Shown here: positions 18,060-25,970 of the stretch, one piece after another | Layout: the number at the start of each line of letters is the position of its first letter | Numbering within the stretch: position 1 is the stretch's first letter | DNA from: a virus | DNA length: 44,515 nt | UHGV virus genome: UHGV-1858859 | Strand: one strand, 5' to 3' | The notes under the pieces: model-generated | Told to the model about the DNA's origin: nothing | What the model saw: the letters and a program-made list of their open reading frames with translations, nothing else | The model's database searches: none | Translations under genes and position numbers: made by a program

Positions 18060-18293
18060 TTATTCCAGGTCTTCTAAAGTAGCGGTCATTCCGCGAACTT
18101 CAGCAATGGCACTATATTTCCCGCCGACATTTTTCACGACACCGGATTTAACCAGCACCTTCAACGACCCTTCAATAATGGCGGAACTATAGTACCTAAA
18201 ATAACTGCGGCGCAAGTCCATAACGCTGCACGAACCTTTTTTACGTGTTAAGGAAACTACCGCCGTAAATACGCGTGACTGGAACTCGGTCAT
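18060..18293 (-). CDS. hypothetical protein
   Basis: 77-aa ORF; its ATG overlaps the stop of the upstream HTH gene (ATGA). Confidence 0.5.
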   Translation of the reverse strand: MTEFQSRVFTAVVSLTRKKGSCSVMDLRRSYFRYYSSAIIEGSLKVLVKSGVVKNVGGKYSAIAEVRGMTATLEDLE

Positions 18294-18460
18294 TTTACAT
18301 TCTCCTTAATCCACGCTTCCACTTTCTCCGGGTCAAACGTGCCAGGCTGGCGACGGCCCATAATGCGGATACAACAATCCGGGAACTTCCCGCTCTTTAA
18401 CCAGTTATTCAGCGTGCGACGGGTAACCCCGATACGCTCAGCCACCTCATTCTGTGTCAT
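18290..18460 (-). CDS. AlpA/Xis-like HTH DNA-binding protein (56 aa)
   Basis: MTQNEVAERIGVTRRTLNNWLKSGKFPD... matches the AlpA/excisionase-like HTH pattern; GAGGG RBS; below track cutoff. Confidence 0.5.
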   Translation of the reverse strand: MTQNEVAERIGVTRRTLNNWLKSGKFPDCCIRIMGRRQPGTFDPEKVEAWIKENVK

Positions 18461-18492
18461 TCTTAAACCCTCATTATCAGTTAACGAAACCG

Positions 18493-18521
18493 AGTATACA
18501 TTGCGAATAATGGGAAATCAA
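18493..18521 (-). promoter_or_regulatory. candidate sigma70-like promoter TTGATT-N17-TATACT
   Basis: Minus-strand reading ttgatt tcccattattcgcaatg tatact, about 30 nt upstream of the AlpA-like gene. Confidence 0.4.
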
Positions 18522-18892
18522 ACATAATTGCACCTATTGACATTATGAAAATCTTCGTTTAAGGTGCTTCTATATCTTAGTTACTTTGATTCCTGTTCAC
18601 CTTGTAAGAATGCTTAACCCGTGCGTTAAGCAAAGGGTTAAGCAGCAGGCTTACTGAACACGAGAATTATTGTAACTTTCCTTCCTAAGTATCTCCGGTT
18701 GCCCTGGGCAAGCTCTATTCTCATCGGCGGCATATCTCTTAAGTATCTGATTTTCTTAATGTGCCGTAGATTCGCAACCGTAAAAATGTAACGATTATTG
18801 GGCAGGCTTAGGGCCTGCCCTTTAGTTACCAAGTAATAAGAATAAAGGCACAACTCTACCTGAAGAATCACAACGGCAACGTAACTATTTTC

Positions 18893-18921
18893 TTGCACAC
18901 CCCAACATAATAGGATACTAT
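18893..18921 (+). promoter_or_regulatory. sigma70-like promoter TTGCAC-N17-TACTAT with embedded palindrome
   Basis: ttgcac accccaacataatagga tactat; motif ATAATAG-gata-CTATTCA at 18907-18924; a 36-bp block is repeated as an exact inverted copy at 40388-40423. Confidence 0.65.
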
Positions 18922-18946
18922 TCACTTATCGAAACGAGACAGATGA

Positions 18947-19147
18947 GTGAGGGTTATGTTTAAGAAGGGTCAGTTGGTGAAAACGATGTACGGTAGCTTA
19001 GGTATTATTGAAAAGAAATCGACAGTGTACCGAAGTTCTTATGTCGTTAGCTTACTCAGGGAGCACGGGTTAAGTTCCACGGCGTATTACCGAGAGTATG
19101 AAATGAAGCTCATCGGCAACAATTTTAAATTCAAAGGGGCGAAGTGA
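18947..19147 (+). CDS. hypothetical early protein
   Basis: First ORF downstream of the rightward promoter; start ambiguous (GTG 18947 or ATG 18956). Confidence 0.4.
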   Translation: MRVMFKKGQLVKTMYGSLGIIEKKSTVYRSSYVVSLLREHGLSSTAYYREYEMKLIGNNFKFKGAK

Positions 19148-19398
19148 TGGAAGAATTAATTTGTATTGAGTCTAAAGCAGAAATGGGCGGTTGGTTTATA
19201 AAAGGCAACGAGTATTCGTTGAAAGTACACTACGACGGTCGTCTCTACGTTTTAGACGAGGAAGGTGATGAGTGGGATTTAGAGCAATCACATGGTGAAG
19301 CCTTTACCGTGAATGCCCTGGGCACACCGGCGGTAACATTCAGAACGGCATCGAATCATGATGCTCGTGCCGACGACTCTGAGGGAGGTTGCCGTTAA
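19144..19398 (+). CDS. hypothetical early protein
   Basis: 84-aa ORF with ATGA overlap to the upstream gene. Confidence 0.45.
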   Translation: MMEELICIESKAEMGGWFIKGNEYSLKVHYDGRLYVLDEEGDEWDLEQSHGEAFTVNALGTPAVTFRTASNHDARADDSEGGCR

Positions 19399-19589
19399 TG
19401 AGAATTCGAATAATTGATGTCGATTATGTGCTGCCGCCGAGGTATGGTGACCATTCTTTGCGCCACTTTGGTGTTTCGATAGGCGATGAGTTTGATATTA
19501 CTTACCGCAACGACTACGGGTATCTTGTAGAAAAGGATGGTGAAGAACTGTTTATTCGTAACAGAGAGGCGGAGATTATCTATGAATAA
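19389..19589 (+). CDS. hypothetical early protein (paralog A)
   Basis: 66 aa, MPLMRIRIIDVDYV...GVSIGDEF...; overlaps the upstream gene. Confidence 0.45.
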   Translation: MPLMRIRIIDVDYVLPPRYGDHSLRHFGVSIGDEFDITYRNDYGYLVEKDGEELFIRNREAEIIYE

Positions 19590-19649
19590 TTACCCGTTCA
19601 TTTTAATCATCAGCGCCGTTTATGTGGCGCACGCGTTGCGGGGGTTGGT

Positions 19650-19805
19650 ATGAGAATCCGTATAACTGACCGCAGGCTTGTAGATTTCGGTATCTCGGTA
19701 GGTGATGTTTTTATGGCGTTCAGCAGCAACCATTATGGTTTTATGATTGAGTACAAAGGGTCGTTATTGTTCGTGTATCGGGATGAATGCGAGGTTCTGG
19801 TATGA
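19650..19805 (+). CDS. hypothetical early protein (paralog B)
   Basis: 51 aa, MRIRITDRRLVDFGISVGDVF...; same MRIRI...G(V/I)SVGD pattern as 19389-19589; below track cutoff. Confidence 0.35.
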   Translation: MRIRITDRRLVDFGISVGDVFMAFSSNHYGFMIEYKGSLLFVYRDECEVLV

Positions 19806-19963
19806 GAGAAGCATTCGAACGGTGGGCCGTCGTCGAGGGTCTGCCGGTTAACAAGGGGCCAAAGAAAGAGTACCTGAACGTTAAGACGCGTCTCGCGTGG
19901 CGGGCGTGGAAAGCTGGTGCGAATGTAATGGCTGGTGCATTCGAAAAGAGAGGTGATTTATGA
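19802..19963 (+). CDS. hypothetical early protein (53 aa)
   Basis: ATGA-coupled at both ends between neighbouring ORFs; below track cutoff. Confidence 0.3.
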   Translation: MREAFERWAVVEGLPVNKGPKKEYLNVKTRLAWRAWKAGANVMAGAFEKRGDL

Positions 19964-20160
19964 GCGAGTGGATTAAGTGTAGTGAGATGCTACCAGGTAA
20001 CGGAAGTACTGATAAAGAGTTCCTGGCGTATGAAACGTTGAATAACGCAGTTCAGCACGACTATTACATCGTTCCTGATGACGGGAGAAAGCCGTTCTGG
20101 AATCACTATGATAAGTACGTGACACACTGGATGCCGTTACCAGAGCCGCCAGAAGTGTGA
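19960..20160 (+). CDS. DUF551-like protein
   Basis: C-terminal VTHWMPLPEPPEV recalls the conserved DUF551 C-terminus (from memory). Confidence 0.5.
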   Translation: MSEWIKCSEMLPGNGSTDKEFLAYETLNNAVQHDYYIVPDDGRKPFWNHYDKYVTHWMPLPEPPEV

Positions 20161-20193
20161 TGTTCAATAGTTTGGGATTTTACTGAGTGACTT

Positions 20194-20226
20194 ACGCTGC
20201 TACACGGCAGCGTATCATTTTTCTCA
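20194..20226 (+). terminator. rho-independent terminator
   Basis: acgctgc-tacacg-gcagcgt hairpin followed by atcatttttctcattttt. Confidence 0.5.
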
Positions 20227-20284
20227 TTTTTGTTCTATTTAACCAAACGCAACAATCGAAGCGACTATTGCAGGAGATGCAACA

Positions 20285-20455
20285 ATGAAACTGAATGACA
20301 TCGTAACCTGGACTGGTAGAAACGGAGAAAAGCGATTCGGGCTTATTGTTGCGTCAGACGGCAACAAGTACCGTGTTATGCGATGGCGTCAGTGGGCGAG
20401 ACGCCCGAGGTACTACTGGATTCGCGGTGAACAATTATCGTTAAAACACCAATAA
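20285..20455 (+). CDS. small basic protein (56 aa)
   Basis: ATG preceded by GCAGGAG RBS; Arg/Trp-rich; below track cutoff; no obvious promoter of its own. Confidence 0.3.
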   Translation: MKLNDIVTWTGRNGEKRFGLIVASDGNKYRVMRWRQWARRPRYYWIRGEQLSLKHQ

Positions 20456-20462
20456 AATTTAC

Positions 20463-20491
20463 TTGCACACTTGGATAGAATAGGCTACTAT
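20463..20491 (+). promoter_or_regulatory. sigma70-like promoter TTGCAC-N17-TACTAT with motif copy
   Basis: ttgcac acttggatagaataggc tactat; CTATTCA at 20488-20494; followed by leader cgaacgagaggagagacagaag-ATG. Confidence 0.65.
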
Positions 20492-20522
20492 TCATTTACA
20501 CGAACGAGAGGAGAGACAGAAG

Positions 20523-20672
20523 ATGGTTACTTTGATGGTTATGGAGTTTGAGAACAGCACCGCAACTTACCGCGAGATGACTATGGCGCAGGCGTATCAC
20601 CTGGCCTCAAACGGCAACTTCTACAAAGCGCAAATCATCAATGAGTTCGGGGTGATTGACTATGAATTTTAA
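20523..20672 (+). CDS. small early protein (49 aa)
   Basis: ATG 7 nt after a GAGGAGAGA RBS; below track cutoff. Confidence 0.4.
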   Translation: MVTLMVMEFENSTATYREMTMAQAYHLASNGNFYKAQIINEFGVIDYEF

Positions 20673-20934
20673 CAGCTACACCGTTACCGTTTATTTTGAG
20701 GGGCTGGAATTGCCCCTACCTAACAACTACCGATATATCTCACGCGATCGTAACGGGTTTATTCAGGGGTGGAGGAACAAACCGACAGACACTGAGTTTG
20801 GGATGTCGGGCGGAGAAGAGATGCCGATCACTTTCGGGCATCAGAGCAGCCACGAAGAACTTAAAACGGTGATTCGTAAGTATCGCCGCCGAGGTAACCC
20901 CGGGCTTATCGCGATAACAGGTGCTGTTGAATAG
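20662..20934 (+). CDS. hypothetical early protein
   Basis: ATG at 20662 (MNFNSYT), ATGA-type overlap with the upstream ORF; track start at 20656 is a TTG. Confidence 0.45.
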   Translation: MNFNSYTVTVYFEGLELPLPNNYRYISRDRNGFIQGWRNKPTDTEFGMSGGEEMPITFGHQSSHEELKTVIRKYRRRGNPGLIAITGAVE

Positions 20935-20952
20935 ACGAGAGGGGAGACAGAG

Positions 20953-21432
20953 ATGAGTAACAAAAACGAAGTATTCGAGTACCTGATTGACCAGCTACGG
21001 CAGCAGGTAAATAACAACCAGTGCGAAGACTTGGCACATGAGGTGCAGTCACTTAAGAATCAGTTACGTGATGCTTCGGCGCAGATTAAGGAGTTGCATC
21101 TGGCGTTGGTTAAAGCTACCGGTGACATAGGCGCTTATATAGCAGCAGAGCAATCTGGTTGCCGTAAGGAAGATACTCAGTACAACGCCTGGAGGCCGCA
21201 TTATGGTGCACGACAACCTGTGCCGGATGGGACTATGGTATTTATCCGGTATCGCAACGGGGAGGAGCCGAAACACAGTGTAGCAGCAGAAAAGCGGTCG
21301 TGGATTTGGGATGGAACATACGCAGACATAGTGGAATACAAGATTGACACACAGGAATGCGAGCATGACTATCGTTTGGTTCTGTGGTGTAGCGACTTAC
21401 AGCAGTGCTCTAAATGCGGGGTGATCAAATGA
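20953..21432 (+). CDS. hypothetical early protein with C-terminal Cys motif
   Basis: 159 aa; preceded by leader gacgagaggggagacagag-ATG; C-terminal CEHDYRLVLWCSDLQQCSKCG. Confidence 0.5.
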   Translation: MSNKNEVFEYLIDQLRQQVNNNQCEDLAHEVQSLKNQLRDASAQIKELHLALVKATGDIGAYIAAEQSGCRKEDTQYNAWRPHYGARQPVPDGTMVFIRYRNGEEPKHSVAAEKRSWIWDGTYADIVEYKIDTQECEHDYRLVLWCSDLQQCSKCGVIK

Positions 21433-21632
21433 CCAGCATATTATTTATCTGGGTACTGTCCGCAGGCCAGTTACAACTTGCGGCATCAGAAACGTTTTAC
21501 TCGATGGAGGCGTGCCAGTCAGCGGCACGCGCCGCAGAGAACGCGCACTTCCTGTTTCAGGGCGACAAGCCCAACGATTCAGAGGTACGCGCTATCTGCT
21601 CACCTAAGCGACTTGGTAAACAGGAGAAATAA
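21429..21632 (+). CDS. small protein with hydrophobic N-terminus (possible signal peptide)
   Basis: MTSILFIWVLSAGQLQLAASE...; ATGA overlap with the upstream gene. Confidence 0.4.
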   Translation: MTSILFIWVLSAGQLQLAASETFYSMEACQSAARAAENAHFLFQGDKPNDSEVRAICSPKRLGKQEK

Positions 21633-21634
21633 TT

Positions 21635-21889
21635 ATGGTACAGAGATATTTATTACAAGGTGGTTTAATAGGACCGCACGACGATGGTGACTGGGTTGGT
21701 TATGACAGCTACAAGGAACTGGACGACAGTTTCCAGGACTACATAACCACTACGGACATGGAGATAGAAGGGCTTGTGTCAAGACTGGCAGAAGTAAACG
21801 CCGAGTTACAGAAATACAAAGACCAGTTCCCTGATTACGTCGAGTGCGCGAACTGTGGGTCAGTTACACATGTGGAAGGGGTAGAGTGA
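21635..21889 (+). CDS. hypothetical early protein
   Basis: 84 aa; begins MVQRY like the next ORF; C-terminal CANCG motif. Confidence 0.45.
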   Translation: MVQRYLLQGGLIGPHDDGDWVGYDSYKELDDSFQDYITTTDMEIEGLVSRLAEVNAELQKYKDQFPDYVECANCGSVTHVEGVE

Positions 21890-22083
21890 TGGTACAGAGG
21901 TATGAGGTGGAAAAATGGGGCCTGCCAGAGCCTGAGATGGCTGAGTACGCATACGGCGATTATGTAGAATACGACGCTTATCTTAAACTGGAAGCAAAGT
22001 TACGTGAATTCGCTGAACAGGTAATGTACGAACCTTGTTCGAAAGTTACAGAAGAAATGGCCCGCGAGATTCTCGGAATATGA
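21889..22083 (+). CDS. hypothetical early protein
   Basis: ATG overlaps the upstream stop (GTGATGG); begins MVQRYEVEKWG. Confidence 0.4.
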   Translation: MVQRYEVEKWGLPEPEMAEYAYGDYVEYDAYLKLEAKLREFAEQVMYEPCSKVTEEMAREILGI

Positions 22084-22373
22084 GCCTTGCAACTGACATC
22101 CTGAAACGAAGCGGCCTTGCGCCGCTGTCACCGAGAACGAACACCCGAATATACAAGCGCCGCCGTAACGCGCTGTACCCTGAGATTCAAGCCAGACGCA
22201 AAGCAGTCCGCGCCTGCGGATTCCAGAACGGGAAGGCCGTGAATCTCGGTGAGTTTAAAACAAAGGAACGTGCAGCAATCGCTAATCGGTTATTTAATTA
22301 CTGGAAATCGCTGGGGTACGATGATATTCCGACGAAGCCACAGAGACGACAATACATCTGGAGACACAAATAA
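22080..22373 (+). CDS. hypothetical basic protein
   Basis: ATGA-coupled start; 97 aa, Arg/Lys-rich. Confidence 0.4.
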   Translation: MSLATDILKRSGLAPLSPRTNTRIYKRRRNALYPEIQARRKAVRACGFQNGKAVNLGEFKTKERAAIANRLFNYWKSLGYDDIPTKPQRRQYIWRHK

Positions 22374-22448
22374 ACCGTTATTAGGATAATTCCTACCCGT
22401 GGTATCCTCCAGTTACTGCATACTTAATACGCACCTGGAGGATTCATC

Positions 22449-22757
22449 TTGGATAAATTTACTGAAACAGTGACAGGCTGGCTTCTCGCTGCCGCGCTAG
22501 CCGGAGGGGTAATCGGACTACGGCAACATAAGTCCGCTATTTCCGGCCCTATCGACGGATTCTGCTTTATCGCAACTGGCTTCACTTGCGCTGTATTTGG
22601 CGCACCTCTTGCCGCTCAATGGTTTGGCATCACAGGCGACCGTGAAATCGCCGGGTTGGGCTTCATTATCGCTATTCTCTGGATGCCTATCTATTCCCGC
22701 CTTTCTGGCATCGTCGCCGGAGAATACATTGCACGTCGAGGAGGTCCAGATGAATGA
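22449..22757 (+). CDS. holin-like membrane protein
   Basis: TTG start with strong GGAGGA RBS; several hydrophobic segments; immediately upstream of the endolysin. Confidence 0.5.
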   Translation: MDKFTETVTGWLLAAALAGGVIGLRQHKSAISGPIDGFCFIATGFTCAVFGAPLAAQWFGITGDREIAGLGFIIAILWMPIYSRLSGIVAGEYIARRGGPDE

Positions 22758-23022
22758 GTTATTCTGGTTCGGCGGTATGCTGGCAATCGGCGGCACATCG
22801 CTGTTTAATGTGTATCATCCCAGCGTGGACGACGGGTTATTCGGTCGGGTGCTCTATATCCTGACAGCTATCGTCTGCGCAGCCGGATGTATCCACCTGT
22901 TGCAGGGCAGCATGTCACCAACGCTGCCTGAGACATTAATCACATTAGTTGCGCTGCGCCAGATTCGTCAGGCGTGGCTGTCATACGGAGGACATAAGCG
23001 TGTCTCGAAACATTTCAGATAA
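22750..23022 (+). CDS. second small membrane protein of the lysis cassette (holin or antiholin candidate)
   Basis: ATG with AGGAGG RBS; two hydrophobic segments (FWFGGMLAIGGTSLF, LYILTAIVCAAGCIHLL). Confidence 0.45.
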   Translation: MNELFWFGGMLAIGGTSLFNVYHPSVDDGLFGRVLYILTAIVCAAGCIHLLQGSMSPTLPETLITLVALRQIRQAWLSYGGHKRVSKHFR

Positions 23023-23488
23023 TGGATTGCATTTTACCGCTGCGTTCGAGGGCTTCCGGGGAACCGCGTACCTCGCTACGCCGGATGAGAAGTACCTGAC
23101 TATAGGCTACGGGCATTATGGGCCTGACGTAACCCCGGGCAAGACCATCACGCCGGGGCAGGGTCTCCTGCTACTGAATCGCGATATGGCTAAGGCCGTA
23201 GCTGCGGTTGACGCTGCGGCGCACCATTCACTGACACAGGCGCAGTTCGACGCAGTGTGCGACCTGGTCTACAACGCAGGTGCTGGCGTGATTGCGGCTA
23301 CTACCGGCACGGGCAAGGCACTGCGTTCTGGTGATATTGTAACTCTGCGGGGTAAGCTGGCGCTGTTCATCAACCAGAACGGCAAACCATTACTCGGCCT
23401 GCGTCGCCGTACTGCGGGCCGTCTGGCCCTGTTCGACGGCAAACCGTGGCAGGAGGCAGAGGCTATCGGGCGCGCGGTGAAAGGTTGA
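23000..23488 (+). CDS. endolysin, GH24 (T4/lambda-type) lysozyme
   Basis: FEGFRGTAYLATPDEKYLTIGYGH catalytic Glu/Asp/Thr spacing; QFDAVCDLVYNAG; in-frame GTG with GGAGGA RBS. Confidence 0.75.
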   Translation: MSRNISDNGLHFTAAFEGFRGTAYLATPDEKYLTIGYGHYGPDVTPGKTITPGQGLLLLNRDMAKAVAAVDAAAHHSLTQAQFDAVCDLVYNAGAGVIAATTGTGKALRSGDIVTLRGKLALFINQNGKPLLGLRRRTAGRLALFDGKPWQEAEAIGRAVKG

Positions 23489-23544
23489 CACCTGAGACTA
23501 ATCCGACGATACTTAAATCACCTCCTGTTCCATCCCTCTGCTCT

Positions 23545-23580
23545 CCAGTTTTATCCCGGCCCTGACCCAGCCGGGATTTT
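23545..23580 (+). terminator. rho-independent terminator after the lysis genes
   Basis: cccggc-cctgaccca-gccggg hairpin followed by atttttatctatttt. Confidence 0.55.
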
Positions 23581-23666
23581 TATCTATTTTCTGCAATGAC
23601 TAGTTGACTATTACCTTAGACCCTATTATATTTACTCCATCAACAACGAGAACGGAGTAGAGAGAA

Positions 23667-23855
23667 ATGATGACTAAGATTAAACATACCGATGACTGGG
23701 GTGATTTCATGGAGATAGAGAAGTGCAGGGATGGTTCATTACTTATAACTTGCACCGACGGTGATAGTGACGAATGGGCTAATGTTAATGTGAGCCTGGA
23801 CGATTTTGAGATTATTGTTGAGCAGGTTATGGCGTTTTATGGAGATGTTAAATGA
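23667..23855 (+). CDS. hypothetical protein
   Basis: 62-aa acidic ORF with GGAG RBS. Confidence 0.4.
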   Translation: MMTKIKHTDDWGDFMEIEKCRDGSLLITCTDGDSDEWANVNVSLDDFEIIVEQVMAFYGDVK

Positions 23856-24001
23856 AAATCACAGATATCGAAGCATTCGAAGACGCACAACTGATGGCAC
23901 GCATTGCCGTTAGTAACCTAGGCGGAAGCATTCCTGCGGACGCGTTCTGGTCCGCAGGAATGCAGGCACTGAAAGCAGCTTATGCAGGAGATAAGAAATG
24001 A
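23852..24001 (+). CDS. hypothetical protein (49 aa)
   Basis: ATGA-coupled; below track cutoff. Confidence 0.3.
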   Translation: MKITDIEAFEDAQLMARIAVSNLGGSIPADAFWSAGMQALKAAYAGDKK

Positions 24002-24153
24002 GCGAACAAGGTCAAGTAAGTCAACCCTTACGAGTAGGCCGTAAAGTCAGTCACACCCCGTTCCCGACACGCGAGGAATTGATGAAACGTAACAGTTTCC
24101 CAGGGCCGGACAAGAACAAGTATCTCAATCGCATGTGGGGAGAGCAGAAATGA
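23998..24153 (+). CDS. hypothetical protein (51 aa)
   Basis: ATGA-coupled at both ends; below track cutoff. Confidence 0.3.
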   Translation: MSEQGQVSQPLRVGRKVSHTPFPTREELMKRNSFPGPDKNKYLNRMWGEQK

Positions 24154-24338
24154 CTGATCGTGAATACGAAAAGATGATGGTGGACGCTGCAAATGGAAAA
24201 ACGCAGAATGCTAAAGCTGAAATAGGGATACTCGATAAGCGGATAGAAGAACAGGCTCGATACCTTGACCGCCTTATGGAACGCCGCCGTGAACTGATTA
24301 ATCGCTTCAACCTGAACAAAGGTGACGCCAATGCCTAA
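24150..24338 (+). CDS. hypothetical coiled-coil protein
   Basis: ATG at 24150 (MTDREYEK) overlapping the upstream stop. Confidence 0.4.
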   Translation: MTDREYEKMMVDAANGKTQNAKAEIGILDKRIEEQARYLDRLMERRRELINRFNLNKGDANA

Positions 24339-24570
24339 AATAACAATCGCATCACTTGAGCGCCGTATCCTGGTACTTGAGTCAGAGAAACAGACGTTAG
24401 GTGGGCAACTGTCGATTAACGGTGAGTTTCAACTGGAGGCGTTTAAGTTGTTACTTGATAAGTTGAAAGCGGACGAAAAGCCTTGCGCGCATGACTACTA
24501 CATGCATTTAGTTGATGGGGTACATCGGGTTACATGCATTAAATGCGGTAAAGCGTATGGAGTCGCCTAA
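24331..24570 (+). CDS. hypothetical protein with C-terminal zinc-ribbon-like motif
   Basis: CAHDYYMHLVDGVHRVTCIKCG; start overlaps the upstream gene. Confidence 0.4.
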   Translation: MPKITIASLERRILVLESEKQTLGGQLSINGEFQLEAFKLLLDKLKADEKPCAHDYYMHLVDGVHRVTCIKCGKAYGVA

Positions 24571-24739
24571 ACCAGTAGTTATAGATGGCGTCCTGTGGAA
24601 ACCCTACTCGGTTAACCACATCGACGCCGACGGGAAGAAGTTCAGCTTCTACATTTTTGCAATTAGCCGCGAACACGCCGCCTGTGTGGTCGATGATATA
24701 CGAGAAACGGCGTGGCTTGGCGATGAGGTAGTGGGGTGA
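24557..24739 (+). CDS. hypothetical protein
   Basis: ATG at 24557 (MESPKPVV), overlapping the upstream gene. Confidence 0.4.
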   Translation: MESPKPVVIDGVLWKPYSVNHIDADGKKFSFYIFAISREHAACVVDDIRETAWLGDEVVG

Positions 24740-24741
24740 TT

Positions 24742-24912
24742 ATGTTCAGTGACATCAACGCAGCAATCGAAGAAGCAATATGGCGGCGCTATAACGGCGA
24801 GCAACAGCGGCACTTTTGCCTCGTGCAACGCGGTAACATGATTGCCGTAGTGCAGGACCGCGATAACAAATATCCGAATGCAATGTGGACGACGAGGAAT
24901 TTCGTAGGATGA
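24742..24912 (+). CDS. hypothetical protein (56 aa)
   Basis: ATG 3 nt after the upstream stop; stop overlaps the next ATG (ATGA). Confidence 0.3.
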   Translation: MFSDINAAIEEAIWRRYNGEQQRHFCLVQRGNMIAVVQDRDNKYPNAMWTTRNFVG

Positions 24913-25145
24913 TTACCAGCATTCCGAACCTGATTAAAGAATACGGCACGATGGCGGAGACGTGCCGACGGACCGGCATCAACGAAATGACGATTGCAAA
25001 GTACAGCAAAGACGTTAACTGCGAGCGCCACGTAATTTATAACAACCGTCTTATGACGCATGTTAAGACAAGCCCGGTGTTATTCACTCGCCGCGGTATC
25101 ACTAAAACTGAGCAACGCATTGCTAAAGAGGAGAGTGAGGAGTGA
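24909..25145 (+). CDS. putative small DNA-binding protein
   Basis: HTH-like segment AETCRRTGINEMTIAKYS. Confidence 0.35.
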   Translation: MITSIPNLIKEYGTMAETCRRTGINEMTIAKYSKDVNCERHVIYNNRLMTHVKTSPVLFTRRGITKTEQRIAKEESEE

Positions 25146-25307
25146 AAAAGTTAACTGTCTACCGGAAAACCGGCGCTACGTCAGAACTCGATGTTTTCAG
25201 TGTAACGCAGTGTGAGAAGTTCTGGTGCGCAGAAACATTCAACGGAGAAGTGAGAATACCAATCGCACTGGCAGACGGCGGCGATATAACCGAATAGTCA
25301 CACCACA

Positions 25308-25331
25308 AGCCCTCTACGGAGGGCTTTTCTG
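25308..25331 (+). terminator. rho-independent terminator closing the early region
   Basis: agccctc-tacg-gagggct hairpin followed by tttct. Confidence 0.55.
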
Positions 25332-25424
25332 TACATCCTGCCTAATCCCCTTATATAATCCCTTTAGACGCGTAGGGCGCGTCTGGTGCGCTCTGATGGT
25401 CAGACGCATATGCAAGGGGATTCT

Positions 25425-25970
25425 ATGAAGCTGAAACTCAAGCAGCCATCGCCAGAGGTGGTGCAAGCTGCACATGAAGAAGCCGTTAGCGCAAACCGTC
25501 GCCGTAAACGACCGCGCGGTAAACAGAGCATTTATCAATCATCCCGTAATTCCGCCGCGTTGTGGGACCCGGACTATTGCGATGCATTGATTCGTTTCTT
25601 CGACCGCACGTCATGGGAGCTTGTACCTACGTCTAAGGGTGACGAACGCCCGCTGATTCAGGACAAACCGCCGTCACTGGCCCGCTTTGCCTTACGCATC
25701 GGCGTCACTATCCCGATTATTAAGCTGTGGCTGCGCGAGATTCCCGCATTCGCAGAAGCATGGGAGACAGCGCAGGCATTGGAAGAGGCATACTTCACTG
25801 AGACAGGGGCCGCAGGTATCTCTGCTACGTTTGCCGCTGCGAAACTTGGCCTTGGCAAAGAGAAACCAGTTGAATCCGCCGAAGAAACGGCACCGACTGA
25901 GATTATTTTCAGTGTTGCGGAGCCTGTAGGTAAAATTGTAACAACGAACATGGGTGAGGTAGAGGAATGA
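25425..25970 (+). CDS. terS: terminase small subunit
   Basis: Immediately upstream of and overlapping terL; basic N-terminus and HTH-like segment; start chosen at ATG 25425 with AAGGGG RBS. Confidence 0.55.
   Translation: MKLKLKQPSPEVVQAAHEEAVSANRRRKRPRGKQSIYQSSRNSAALWDPDYCDALIRFFDRTSWELVPTSKGDERPLIQDKPPSLARFALRIGVTIPIIKLWLREIPAFAEAWETAQALEEAYFTETGAAGISATFAAAKLGLGKEKPVESAEETAPTEIIFSVAEPVGKIVTTNMGEVEE

Noticed and set aside
25142-25296. GTG-initiated 51-codon ORF after the last early gene
   Set aside because: The only candidate start is a GTG directly abutting the purine-rich stretch with no usable spacing, and the ORF runs into the terminator hairpin region; not called.
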